DNA of 64,000 nucleotides from Albugo candida (Eukaryota): NCBI GenBank assembly GCA_040437565.1, contig JBDOQK010000015.1, positions 62,001 to 126,000 of the forward strand, read 5' to 3'. Shown piece by piece: positions 49,304 to 64,000 of this stretch (position 1 is its first letter; each line of letters starts with the position of its first letter). The notes under the pieces were generated by a model. It saw only the letters and a program-made list of their open reading frames with translations, ran no database searches and was not told where the DNA came from. The position numbers and the translations under genes were made by a program.

Positions 49304-52300
49304 TTACGCGTTTACGCTTTCTTCCGACACGATGACGTTACTATCATCGATACTAGCTGCATGCTTACTGGCGATTTCGAGATCAGCTTTGAGCTGTTCC
49401 ATCCCTCTGGATAATAAGTCCCACAGATCTGGAGTGAATGGGTTCGGTACGGTTGTGCTTTCGTATGGGACCCTGGTGTAGAGACCAAGCTGTTCTTCTA
49501 GTGCGCTGGATCGAGCAGCCAGCACATCTCTTTCGGCTTTCAAATGATTATACTTTTGCTGCATGTTATTGATATGGACATCAAGCTCTTGACGACTTGT
49601 TGCGAATCGAACGATCTCTTCTTCGAGTCTAGTGTTATGGTTTGTCAACCGCTGGATCTCTGCACGAGCTTGCTGACGACAATCCTGCATTTCTCGACCA
49701 TTTTGGTGTAATTCCGATTGATTCTTTTTATTGACCTCTTCGATTTGTGCTTTAGAAATTTCCAGTTCGTGATTTTGTTGCATCAATGAATCAATTTGGA
49801 GACGTGCACTTTCCATTTTTACCAGCATGGCTGAAGATTCAGATTGTAAAGCTTCCACTTGATGCTTGAGAGTGATCTGGAGTGCTTGATCCTTTCCAAT
49901 CTCTTCTTCCGCGAGTCGAATCCGCTCCAGGTAAGCACCTTTTTCAGACATAAGCCGAGAATTTTCTCCTCGGAGATGATTCAACTCATCGGTGAGCTTG
50001 GTTACTTCCGTCTCATACTGCGTGTTTCGCTGCTGAGTGTCGGCAACACTCTGTTCCATTTCGACCATCCTTTCCGACGATACTCTCAACTTTTGCAGCT
50101 GTGAATCTTTGTCGGACAAAGCAGCTTCCAGGAAGCTAATTCGCTCTGAATTGGATGTTCTTTCGCCTTCCAATGCATTTGCCAACACCGAATTTTTTTC
50201 TTTCTCCCCTTCGAAGCTGTTTTTACTCTGTTGCAACTCGGTTTCCAATTGTCGGTAAGAAGCCACAAGAGAATTGTATTGCTCGCTTTTGGTCACATCC
50301 AAACTTTCATTGGGGTTTGAGGACGCTTGTAGACTTTGTAATGCGTGCTCTTTGCGCGCCATCTCCGCTTCCAACTGGTGTATCTGCTCCAACGACACCT
50401 TACGTTCGAGATCGAGAGCAATCTTGCTTTCTATCATATCGCCCTCCATCTTCATTATCGTATCTTGCAACGCACCCAACTGTTCCAATGATTTACTATG
50501 CAAATTTTCCTTCTCGTTCAGTGTGACTTCCAATGAGCTCACTCGCTGTAGAAGTATTTTCTTCTCTGAATCAAATTCAGCAGCGAGTACCGAGTTTCTG
50601 CTCTTTTCTGTTTCCAGGCATCTTTTCACCGCTTCCAACTCTTCTTCCATTCCCTTTTGTGAGACTTCTAGAGCAGCGGATTTTTCCGTTTCAATGCGAC
50701 AACTCATTTGTTCCAATTGGCAATTCAGTTCAGCAATAAAAGACTCCAAGGTTTTGATTTCTTCTGCACGGGTTTTCAATGCAGTTGCAGATTCTAAATT
50801 TGCATCCGATAATTCCTGAATCTGGTTTGCAGAGCTTTTCCGAAGCGTGTCCAATTCGGTCTCGAGCGTTGACAAACTCTGTTCTACTTTTTCATTTCGA
50901 GCTTGCGAAGCGGCTAAGGCTTTTTCGATTTCGACCATTTCATTGCTTCTTTCATTTTCACTCTCCTGAAGGCTTTTAACTTTTGTCATCGAATCCTCCA
51001 AAAGCTGAGCCAATTCGTATTTACCCGTAGAATCAATTTGCAATTGTGTTATGCGCTCATGATCCTTCTGCATTTGTTGTGCCTGTGAGTCCACAATGTC
51101 AGTGAGACGTCGAGTCTCGGATTGAAGGCTGCGATGATTAGCTAGCCATCGATCGATATGCAATCGAATTCCGTCAGATGGGAAGTGCAAAACAGCATTT
51201 TTGATGCCTTCCCAGTCATCTTGCTCCGCACCAACATTAGCGGTGAAACTGACAATCACCTCCAGTAATTCGATGACTCTCTTTTCTAATTCAATGTATT
51301 TCTTGGAAGACTGCTGTTCTTCAAGCAGTGCACTTTGTAACATCTCAACTTGTTGCTGTAATTCAACATTTTCTGTCATACTTTCAGCGGAAATCGCTAA
51401 TTGTGAGCATAGTTCCTCTTCTTTCGTGATGAGTTGTTCCTTCAACGTGTCCATAGCGTTTTCGAGCCAGTCACTACTTGAAATCACAGTCACATTTGAG
51501 CAGCAATTCCCTAGATTTCAGGTCGTACCTTTTGCTGGTCTCCGGGAGAAAGGATTCGACCTCTTCCGAATGAGAGTTGCCTAAAATCGCAGCTACATTC
51601 CCACTAAATGACGACAGCTGCTGATTGAGTCCTTCATTTATTGCCCGTTCACAGATGAGTTGCTTTTCCTGAGACTTCAATTGATCTTCGAATGCCGCAT
51701 GAGCTTGGCGTACTGCATCGATTTCTCTCTCCAAATCTGCATTTCTAACTCTTATAGTGACAGCTTCCGCATCTGCCTGTTCACTCTGAGTTGCAATATT
51801 TTGCTCCAGCTCGGAGATGACACTTTTATATCGTTCACATTCAACTTCCCACTCATGCAGCTTTTCAAGATAGACGGAGTCCTTCTCAGAAGAGATACTG
51901 CTTTTCGTATTGACAACTTCACGGATCGTCGATGATATAAGTGATGTTGTCCATCTAGTCACGCTGAATATCGAGCAGCGTTAACGATGTTCCTTCCAAT
52001 AGTAACTCTTATACCTGCAATCCAGCTGCAAGTGACCACATAGATCGTTGAGAATTGCTTCTTCCGACGCGACCATACTTCTGATATCTTCGAAAAACAT
52101 GCCTGAACCCTCCATCCTCATCGATTCAGCGTGATTATGTGCTTCCTTCATCGTCATTATCTCTTCTTCCTTTTGCTCCAATTCGTTCTCGAGTTGATTT
52201 CGGATCGACAAAAGAGCATCTCTGTTGTCTTCGATCACTACCGACTCGCGTAACACCTTTTGTAGCACCCTCTTACCTCATATCTGTCAAATCTTGCATC

Positions 52301-52680
52301 TGTTCCAGTAAAACCGGGTCGCTAGTAGCCTCGCATTGATACACGAGTTCTTCATTTTGCGCATTTAAATCGTCAATTTCATTCCTTAGCCGTACGATTT
52401 CGTCTTTAGCGCTACTGATATCTTTCGCCGCCTATACAATTTGTCAAATTTCATGTATCTTTGAAATTGCAAAATAACGCACCTTCTCCGCAATGCTTTT
52501 CTTCTCAAATTCGAGCTCTCCGACTTGAACAAGCAACTGATTCATTCGCTTCAAAAGCATGGAGATTGGAGAATCTTCCAGTTCTTCCACATAAGGTTCT
52601 TTTCTCACCGCATCCTGTGCAGGATTTTCGTCAGCAAGAGCGTCCGAAGCTTCATCGCTTCCAAAAAAAGACGCCCACAT
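49304..52680 (-). CDS. Large coiled-coil protein (golgin/centrosomal-like); multi-exon
   Basis: E/K/L/Q-rich heptad ORFs 52444-52680, 51981-52268, 51474-51962 and 49304-51493, linked by short GT-AG introns. N-terminus MWASFFG. Confidence 0.75.
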
Positions 52681-52858
52681 TACAATTTCAAGAATACGAT
52701 ACGATATCGAGCTATACGCTTATACGGNNNNNNNNNNNNNNNNNNNNNNNNNNNNNNNNNNNNNNNNNNNNNNNNNNNNNNNNNNNNNNNNNNNNNNNNN
52801 NNNNNNNNNNNNNNNNNNNNNNNNNNNGATACGATATCGAGCTATACGCTTATACGGC

Positions 52859-52912
52859 TAAAAGCAAACAGTAATACCGTATTGAGCTATACGGTATTAC
52901 TGTTTGCTTTTA
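52859..52912. repeat. Perfect 24-bp inverted repeat with a 6-nt loop
   Basis: TAAAAGCAAACAGTAATACCGTAT-tgagct-ATACGGTATTACTGTTTGCTTTTA, extendable by TATACG/CGTATA across a bulge. Confidence 0.9.
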
Positions 52913-52954
52913 ACGTATACTGAAATAATGACTTGTCATTAAAAGCACATGGAA

Positions 52955-55103
52955 TTACTCTCCTATCGCTTTGAGCCTCAGTTCGGCTGCTTTTCGTCGC
53001 GATCTCTCCTTGAGAACCCATCCCAAGTACAAGTCATTTAGTTCAGCGACTTGTTTTTCCAATTTATCTCGATTCAGCTTTTCCTCCTTTAAATAATTTG
53101 ATAGTTCGAGCGCGCCCGATTTCGTAATGTGCTTGTACTTTTGCTCAGCGGGTTGCTTCCGCTGGTTGATTACATTTGAACTGGACTCTGCGCTCTGCGA
53201 TTTGAGTTGTTTTCGCCTTAATGCACGCTCCAGACGCTGTTGAATTGTGACTTCTGAAGGAATATCAGGAACGAACATCTCGATACACGCCTTTAGCAGT
53301 ACCATAACATGCTCGAAGACGATGATCACGAGTAAGAGGCCTTCAGTGGAGTAACTTGGCAGCATGGTACGAAGTATCCCAGCATCCATCCCGATCAATG
53401 CGCAATTGGTAACTAGAGAAAGGTATCCGATAGCATCGAAAGCTAGGAACCACGCACCAATACCAGAGCTCGTATTTCGCCAAGGACGACGATAACTGAG
53501 GCAAAGCTTGAACGCATCTGTCCGGATTTCCATTATATTGTTCAAAAGACAGCAAAATGCTGCCAGCGGGAATGCAGATGCAAATAATGTGATTTGCCTA
53601 AACAGCAAAGATTGAATTATACTTTAACGAAAACGTGAGAGTGGAATTGTTTACCCGAATTGAACAAAAAGCTCCAAGTAATCATCAAATGTTCCTTCAT
53701 ACACGGGATACAGCAGCTCAGCTCCCACTTGTGCGTTTTCAATGTCTTTCGTTGATGATTGTGATGTTTTTGCCGAAAAAAATCGTGATTCTGCTGTAAG
53801 ATAAGGAACCAACACTTCTGACATATTACTCAAAAACTGACGTGTTATGAGCATCCAGCTCAACGTCTGCTCGAGCCTCTCCATGTCTTGTGCCCAGAAT
53901 GCCAAGTAGAACAATGAAGCAAAATTATTGACGAAATAGAAACACGACAGCTTCAAAACCAGTGCGTTTGAAAACTACAATTGTATAAAGTCAGCACAAA
54001 TCCACGATCCAGTCGTAGGTACATACATCAGTGTCAGTCCGGTGATTCTCATAGTTCGTTAGAATGGAAGCAAGTTGGATATACTTGGAGTCCAAAAGCC
54101 ACACCACAAGTGAGTACGAAATAGACGGGAGAATCTGCAAATACTCCCAGTTTCCATCCCATCCATTGTACTTGGTAAATTGAGCCTCACTCCAATACTG
54201 GAAGCTGAAATAAACATACGTTAGAAGAAAAAGCCCACTTAGTGACGTCAACAGCACAGCTGTGGTTCCTATATAACGCTTCATGCGCTCCATTGACGAA
54301 AAAAACGTAAAATGCTCTTCCTGCACGGGATCATATTTCATCTCACCCCAAAAACCGCTTCGTTCTTGCTCCTCCAGCATTTGTTCTGTATTTCGGATAT
54401 TCCAAGTGCTTCGAAGCGTGCTTTCTCGTCGTTTCCAAAATTTCAGAAAACCTGTGGCCCAACTTGTGATGAATATCGAGTATAGTGCTCGAACATACGA
54501 AGCATAAAAACTGTCTAGGAAAGTCACCAGAACTCCAAGTATCGAAGGGATCAATAGCCAACGAGAAAACGTATCCAAAAATGCGAAATAGAAACCTATC
54601 TCATTGCCAAAGTAAACTTTGATCGAGTCAAGTGGCTGAGGAGAAAGAAATTTTTTGACCCAAGATTCCACCAGCTCCTTCCTCTCTCTAGCATTATGTA
54701 ATGGAAAGTGATCGTAAATCACTTTTCGCTGGAAAGCTTGGGCCAATAAGTATTCATTTTTGACGAAAGGTGGTGGCACCGGCAAATCCTTTCCCTTTTC
54801 TTGATGACCCATACTCTTTGCCCGAACTCGACTCAAGCAAAACATGATCAAATCAATCTTGTTCCCGGATGCTAGAAGAAATTGTGAGATATCGGATGAG
54901 GTGTTGACATCCTTGGCATGCTTTTCTTTGTAAATTTTCGTCAGCGTTTGCTCTGTAGCTCCAAGGAGCAGACGTATAGTTCGTTGGTCATTGTCTTTCA
55001 GTTCTTTGACGACCAAATCCGTTTGAGACGATATATTTCGAACAAAATACTCAATCGTAGACGGTGAAGACTCATTCGTGTCAAAACAAAAAACCACGTG
55101 CAT
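52955..55103 (-). CDS. Anoctamin/TMEM16 family (ANO8/ANO10-like) scramblase or channel; three exons
   Basis: QPLDSIKVYFGNEIGFYFAFL, FWKRRES, LTNYENHRT, FVNNFASLFYLAF, DDYLELFVQFG, NNIMEIRTDAFKL, IGAW, FEH. Confidence 0.93.
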
Positions 55104-56772
55104 TATTGAGGCTTCATCTTCGTGAAATATATTCTAAATGTGTACATCTGTAAATGCTTATTCCAACAAGCAGAGAAAAAAAGTGCTTACACGTGATGCA
55201 ACGTTGACAAATTCCTTTAGCGCGAATCCAGATGCCAGTACTGTTCCTATTCCAACGCTGCTTTGGATTACGATATCCATCGCGAAATAGAGCAGTCAAC
55301 CGCCTTTGAATACGATGAAATTATGCGATAATTACTATAAAGTTAAAATTACTGACATACAGAGACATAATGATTTTTGAAATGTCTCTTGTAAATCACA
55401 GCTTTCTATGGCGGTGTCCCAACTTGCAACAGACTAAACTCGATTTCTTTCAGTACGCGTGAAAACAGCTATTGAAATGCGTATCACTGCATTGGGACTG
55501 AAGTGTTGAGCATATCACCAATCTCTACTCTGTCATTTCTGTATACAACTCTCGATTGTATTTCTCAGATGAAATGATACAAAGACCAATTTGCGTGTTC
55601 GAATCTGATCAAGCAAGTTTAATCACATTCCTGAAAATCGGGCCACAAGTGTTATTTTGTGTTCTCGACTGCTATTCCATTGATGTGTCATTCGCTGATA
55701 GAATATGAATATCTTTTTGACTTGATGAACCACAACCTTTGAGGGATTCCGCGCACCAGAAAATCAAACCTTGCCAATTTAGACGTCGTACAAATTTGTT
55801 AGAATCCACTAGGCGCTCTATGGGCTCATATCTGAAAAGCACACCAGTTGAGCGAGAAATCGAGCAATTCTGTAATTTGGCCACTCAAGCATCATATACT
55901 CTCACCCAGCTTCACTGCTGATGACGCCTTATTTTTTCCAAGCGACTTAAAGACTTATCGTTCTATCTCTTGCATTTGATTTGACAACTGCCAATGCAAC
56001 TGATACTATCTTCGACCTTCCTTCACTGCGGTGATTCACTCCCCCGCATGTTATCGATCTTGATGCACATATCTATTGGTTCGATGGACCTTGTCGGGTT
56101 TATATGGCTTCGATATCCTTGATCCTACATGCCGTCAATATATGATGAAATGAAGCTTAAAAGCTGTGAGAAGTATGCATGGTTGGAACACTTGAGTTGT
56201 TCGTTTGTGGACAAAGCACCTTATGGAGAGCAGAAGAAGAAAAAGTGTCGAGTAAATCGAAAGACTTCAAAGGCTCCAAAGATAAGAGATAGCTTCAAAT
56301 ACGATTTTGTCGGGTAACTACTCCACGTCAAAAATTAAGATACAAGATAAAACACGTGTAATTATTTCCAATCTTCAAGTTTGGTTCTCTCATAAATTTA
56401 ATTGTAGCCGAAGCTTTCCCCGACTGCAGAATCGAGAAAGCGAAGAAAATTTGCGAGTTTTGAGAACGTCTAAGCTTGTATATAGTCAGTTTTCTATCAA
56501 GCGAAATACGTGATACAAATGAAAGGCTTCGATAAAAACTAGCGAAGCAAGATCTAACCTATAGAAAACACTATTTATCTCCCCAACCTCCTCACGATGT
56601 CGTGTGTTATAATATAACTCTTCTTCTGTCTGCCAACTTGGCTCCTGTCATAGCTTACATTCTCCTCCACATAGCCAGCTGCGTCACTTCCAATGCATGT
56701 CATTCCTAAGAACTGAAATCCTCCGCTGTGCTTATAAACTATCTGAGGACATAAATTTCAAGAGCATTACGA

Positions 56773-57636
56773 ATGAGACGCGGAAATTCGATTTTGATAT
56801 TTGCAAGCGAGGTTCCTGTAATCACTGGAAAGAATCCGTTCCGTACAATCGAAGACACGTTCTTCCATGTTTGGAAACGAACAAATCCATCGCAGATCGA
56901 GCAGCTTCAGCAAACCCATCAGTTGGAAAAATGGCAAACAAAAGAGCAGAAAGTTTTCACGAAAATCGACCAGCTTGGGATGACCAATTCAGTCACCGCA
57001 CTCATTTCTGAAGCTTCCAAGGCGGCTACAGTACCTGAAGTTGCGAAAGTGAGCGCCAAAATTCCAGCAGTGATCCCTAAGCACGTACCTTCAATCGCAC
57101 GACAAGAAATTGAACGCACAATTGTCTCAGAGATGCACAAAGAGTTTGGTACGCGGCAAGAAAGCATTGCTATCGAGCACTTTGAACAAGATCGTGGCGT
57201 CCAAGTGAGAGATCGAAATCTCGCTTTTCATAGAAAACAGCTGAGCACAATTGAACGATACAAAATATATCTTGGAGGGCGAATTGACGGTCGAAATGAT
57301 GGCAAAGTTGTGGAAGTCAAAAATCGACTTCGCAAATTCGTTTCTCCAATACCGATATATGACATAATACAGCTTCAGACATATTTGTACATCCTGAGCT
57401 CCAAGGAAGGCGAACTCGTGGAATACATGAAACAAGATCGAGCCAAATCGAGGCAGACGCAGATAGATTGGGATCCTGCCATGTGGTCAAACGACATTGA
57501 GCCGTACTTGCTGCGCTTCAGTAATGCGTTGACGCAATTTATGAAGAGCAAAGACTGCCAAGTTCGTTTTCTCAAGAGCATTTGCCCCCTAGAACAACGT
57601 GATCTCATCAAAACATATTGGACTCGTAATATATAG
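56773..57636 (+). CDS. YqaJ/lambda-exonuclease-like PD-(D/E)XK nuclease; intronless
   Basis: IFASEVPVITGKNPF, FGTRQESIAIEHF, LGGRIDG...VVEVKNR, YDIIQLQTYL, in the order typical of YqaJ viral-recombinase nucleases. Confidence 0.78.
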   Translation: MRRGNSILIFASEVPVITGKNPFRTIEDTFFHVWKRTNPSQIEQLQQTHQLEKWQTKEQKVFTKIDQLGMTNSVTALISEASKAATVPEVAKVSAKIPAVIPKHVPSIARQEIERTIVSEMHKEFGTRQESIAIEHFEQDRGVQVRDRNLAFHRKQLSTIERYKIYLGGRIDGRNDGKVVEVKNRLRKFVSPIPIYDIIQLQTYLYILSSKEGELVEYMKQDRAKSRQTQIDWDPAMWSNDIEPYLLRFSNALTQFMKSKDCQVRFLKSICPLEQRDLIKTYWTRNI

Positions 57637-57686
57637 ATATCTGAGACTCGTCATGTATATTGCAAGATAACAAAGGTTTACTATGA

Positions 57687-60670
<2,984 letters not shown>

Positions 60671-60904
60671 CTAATTAACTCTGCATCACTCGATCGTAAA
60701 TGAACGCTTTTATCGGTTTATGTCGAAGTTATTTTGAGCAGATCGCAAACGCTTCAGGGTACAGACGTAATCCATATCTCTGTCGCATTGTTCGGCTTTC
60801 TCCGTGCAGTTGCATTCGCCTTTTACTTGTAAGTGAAAGTGCGTCAACGCCATTCAGAGAGCCATTCAAAACATATTTCCAAAGGAGCTTTAGACTGTTA
60901 GCTA

Positions 60905-61978
60905 ATGTATATTGGAGCCAAGTTTTCATTTTTTTCGCGACTGCTTTCGATGCATCTCTTGCAAGTTCGCACTCGCGTGTATCTCAACGCGAACATTGCC
61001 CCTTTATCGCCATGGATTTCCATGCCTTCTCGAATCGACAGCGGTGCAATTCAAAGTATACTTCATGGGATCCGTTTGGAGCAATCGGATGCGCTGTATC
61101 TGTATGCGTTGATGAAGCTTTATGGTCGTGGAGTGGAGAAAGATACGCACTCAGCTCTTCATTTTCTCAAGAAGCTGACCGCTCGAGGTCATGCGGATTC
61201 CGAGTTTGTTCTTGGGATGTTATATCTTCACGGAGCCGAAGGTAATTTCTGATTTATCAATGGATCCGGATATGTTGCCGACCTGAATATCAGGTGTTGC
61301 TGTAGACATTAGCGCCAGCACGCGTTATCTTCATTCAAGTAGCTTACATGGCAATAGCAACGCCAAATGCGTACTGGGCGCGTACGTATCGCTCTACTGC
61401 GCAAAACGATCGCTGAGCTTACACCCTTAATCGTCAGGATGTACAATGACGGAGTATTCGTACAAAGGGATGAGATGAAGGCTTTACAATTGCTTAAAGA
61501 AGCAGCAAAATTGCAGAATGCACACGCCTATGTACATCTCGGAATGATGCATGAATACGGAAGAGGAGGACTCGAATCAAATTTCACAGAGGCGATGATG
61601 TATTATGAGCTGGGCCGAGCACATCAGATCGCAGAAGCGATTTACAATATAGCGTTGATGAAAGCTGCGGGAAGAGGATGTGCTAAAAACATTGATTTTG
61701 CAAAACAGCTTCTTGAAGAAGCCGCTACATTGAGCTACGCGCCAGCGATGTACCGCCTCGGTCAAATGCTGACAACGGTTGACAATGGGAGCCAAACAGT
61801 AGACTATCGACTCGCATTGTCCTGGTTCCGGAAAGCGTTACTTCACAATGACTCTCGAATTCACCGAGAAGCCGAATTCGCAGTGAATCAAATAATGCTC
61901 TTATATTCAGACGTAGAAAAATCTATTCTACACTACGAGCAATTGTTCAAGACTTCTATGCAGGTACACGTACTATAA
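60905..61978 (+). CDS. Sel1-repeat protein with a hydrophobic N-terminus; three exons
   Basis: Repeats such as ALYLYALMKLYGRGVEKD, SEFVLGMLYLHG, AYVHLGMMHEYGRGG, AMYRLG; introns near 61242-61292 and 61383-61437. Confidence 0.82.
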
Positions 61979-62013
61979 AAGCTTAACTGAAAGTAAACTC
62001 TATCAAGTGAACT

Positions 62014-63228
62014 TCAGACGCTGGCAGCTTCCAGAGCTTGCCTCAAATCTTCAACGATATCCACCTCATGTTCTATTCCCACTGAAAGCCGAATCAAATT
62101 GTCCGAAATTCCCAACTTTTGACGTTTCTCAAGCGGAATAGATGCGTGAGTCATGATTGCTGGAGACTCGGCGAGTGATTCAACTGCTCCCAGACTTTCT
62201 GCAAGAGTGAATATCTTGAGTTTCTCGAGAAAGATACGCGCTTGTTCTATCCCTCCTTTGATGTAGAAGGTGATCATCCCACCAAAGCCTTTCGCTTGTT
62301 TCTTTGCAATCTCATGCTGAGGATGAGAAGGAAGACCAGGATAATACACTTTTTCAACGTTTTGATGACATTCGAGAAATTCGGCTACAATCTGTGCATT
62401 CTTCGCGTGCGCTTCCATGCGCACATGCAACGTCTTCAACCCTCGTAGTGCCAAATACGAATCAAATGGCGATGGAACAGCTCCAAGCCCGTTCTGAATG
62501 AAACGGAGTCTTGCATTAATTTCAGCATCGTTCGTAATGATGACACCCATAACTACATCGCTGTGGCCATTAATGTACTTTGTGACGCTATGTACGACAA
62601 TATCTGCTCCTAAATCCAGTGGATTTTGAAAATAAGGCGACATGAACGTATTATCAACCACAAGGAGCACTTTCCACTTTTTTGCGATTGCCGCAATAGC
62701 CTGAATATCTGAAATTTTGAGTGTCGGATTGGTTGGGCTTTCGACCCAAATCATTTTGGTATTCTTAACGACGCGAGTATCTACTGCCACAGAATCGGTC
62801 GTATCGATAAAATCAAACGACATCCCATAATTTACGGCTGCGATTTTGTCAAAATAGCGTCGAGTGCCGCCGTAAACGTCATCACTGCAAATAACCTCAT
62901 CACCACCCTTTAACAAATGAATTACAGCTGTGATGGCAGCCATTCCTGAGGAGAAAGCTACTGCAAATTTTCCATTCTCAGTTGCAGCTATAGCTCGTTC
63001 AAAAGAACCTCGTGTTGGATTTCCAGTTCGAGAGTATTCCCACCCATTTCCAAAACTAGTTGCGTCGTCTAATCCTTTTTTCACGCCAGGCGATGCTTGT
63101 GCAAAAGTTGTTGCAAGACTGATTGGGGTTGTTACTGCACCAGTCGATGCGTAAGGTTCCTGACCAGCATGGATGGCGACTGTGCCAAAGTTTTTGGACG
63201 TAAAATGGGGTTCCGTTGAGCCACGCAT
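62014..63228 (-). CDS. CTH: Cystathionine gamma-lyase (Cys/Met metabolism PLP enzyme)
   Basis: EYSRTGNPTR, FSSGMAA, DVYGGT, WVESPTNP, VVDNTF, HSVTKYINGHSDV (PLP lysine), LAESLGAVESL, IRLSVGIE. Confidence 0.95.
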   Translation of the reverse strand: MRGSTEPHFTSKNFGTVAIHAGQEPYASTGAVTTPISLATTFAQASPGVKKGLDDATSFGNGWEYSRTGNPTRGSFERAIAATENGKFAVAFSSGMAAITAVIHLLKGGDEVICSDDVYGGTRRYFDKIAAVNYGMSFDFIDTTDSVAVDTRVVKNTKMIWVESPTNPTLKISDIQAIAAIAKKWKVLLVVDNTFMSPYFQNPLDLGADIVVHSVTKYINGHSDVVMGVIITNDAEINARLRFIQNGLGAVPSPFDSYLALRGLKTLHVRMEAHAKNAQIVAEFLECHQNVEKVYYPGLPSHPQHEIAKKQAKGFGGMITFYIKGGIEQARIFLEKLKIFTLAESLGAVESLAESPAIMTHASIPLEKRQKLGISDNLIRLSVGIEHEVDIVEDLRQALEAASV

Positions 63229-64000
63229 TTCCTCAAGTGGTGATTCTTAATTCTTTTACGGTTGTGTGTAAATTATGTGTCGTGTCTTCATTGGATATTA
63301 ACGATACTGTCGATATATGCGTTTTGACAGGCTGCTGAAAAGCATTAAAATGAAATCTGAAAAAAAAAGCAAGCAAAAGCGCAAAGAAGCGCACTCGAAT
63401 GACCACCAAAGGAAAAAACAAAAGAAATCATTGAAGCATCACCGAGAACCAGATTTTCCAGTACTTTTGATGATACAAATTTCATCTCCAATCTTATCCG
63501 CATATTGACATAGAATGCTGTCAAATTGATCCGTGGGTTGTTGGTGGAGTACCCACAATTGCTTTCGGATATCGTAAAGATACTTCAGTTATTGGATGAC
63601 GGGAAGGCTGCAATTATCTCCGGAATTAAGGTGCATTTAATCGGATCTAATAAGGCTATCTTATTCGTATTATTTGAATCAGAATAAAAGCATCCGATCT
63701 CAACTCAAAAAGCTGCTTCCCTTATTGGGAGTGCAGAAGGTTAAATGATACTGTAAGAACGAAAGATGCAATCTCATCAGCAGGCAATTTTAGATGGATG
63801 ATGTCAAAGGAGCGTACGTAAAACCCGAAGTCATGAAGGATATTGAGCTGGTTACAAGCATACAAAGTATCTTACTCGAGGTTTGTACTGAGAAGATTCA
63901 CTTCTCGATTATCGCTTGTAAAATTTATTGAAGGAAGCGAGTGAAAGCCAGATGGCTTCAAAATCCACACTAGAGCCGCACTCCGCGCCACAAAAGAGAG

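Larger units (their letters stand above)
2207..52827. other. Twelve 100-N scaffold gaps with directly duplicated flanks (assembly overlaps)
   Basis: N runs at 2207-2306, 4194-4293, 5175-5274, 6103-6202, 12065-12164, 17855-17954, 30938-31037, 32039-32138, 32674-32773, 35366-35465, 40246-40345 and 52728-52827. In each case the sequence after the gap repeats the sequence before it. Confidence 0.95.

Noticed and set aside
2170-52857. Apparent tandem duplications and internal repeats in HAD, PP2C, CSN5, NBS1, separase and other genes
   Set aside because: Each sits exactly astride a 100-N gap, and collapsing the overlap restores a continuous gene where checked. These are assembly artefacts, not biological repeats.
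52694-52857. TACGA/TATACG short repeats as a CRISPR-like or telomeric array
   Set aside because: Only a few irregular units, partly duplicated by the gap; no repeat-spacer periodicity, and the context is eukaryotic.
55110-56770. Short ORFs between anoctamin and the nuclease (e.g. 55739-55921, 56129-56317)
   Set aside because: No recognisable motifs and no consistent splice chain found; a small gene cannot be excluded.

Overview
Eukaryotic, gene-dense DNA with short (about 45-70 nt) introns. Gene content and compaction fit an oomycete, most likely a compact obligate biotroph such as Albugo (inference). I can support about 16 protein-coding genes: malate synthase (truncated), a secreted HAD-family hydrolase, a tail-anchored coiled-coil protein, a PP2C-cNMP-cNMP-pseudokinase, a multidomain chromatin protein, a ~4000-aa Ig/ASH-like repeat protein, CSN5, NBS1, separase, cytosolic IleRS, a mitochondrial carrier, a GT60-like glycosyltransferase, a long coiled-coil protein, an anoctamin, a YqaJ-like nuclease, a PH-domain PI4-kinase, a Sel1-repeat protein and cystathionine gamma-lyase. 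Twelve 100-N gaps are each flanked by a direct duplication (unmerged contig or haplotig overlaps), and these split several ORFs artificially. The most striking item is at 12985-17316 (-). Six ORFs that look separate splice in frame into one protein: INO80-like DBINO/HSA helix, catalytically dead and truncated SNF2 lobe, two KxGG-type CXXC fingers, a C2H2 finger and an FHA domain. It is a candidate ATPase-dead, CpG-reading chromatin scaffold. No rRNA, tRNA, CRISPR array or intact transposon was recognised. All domain calls are by eye, with no database searches.
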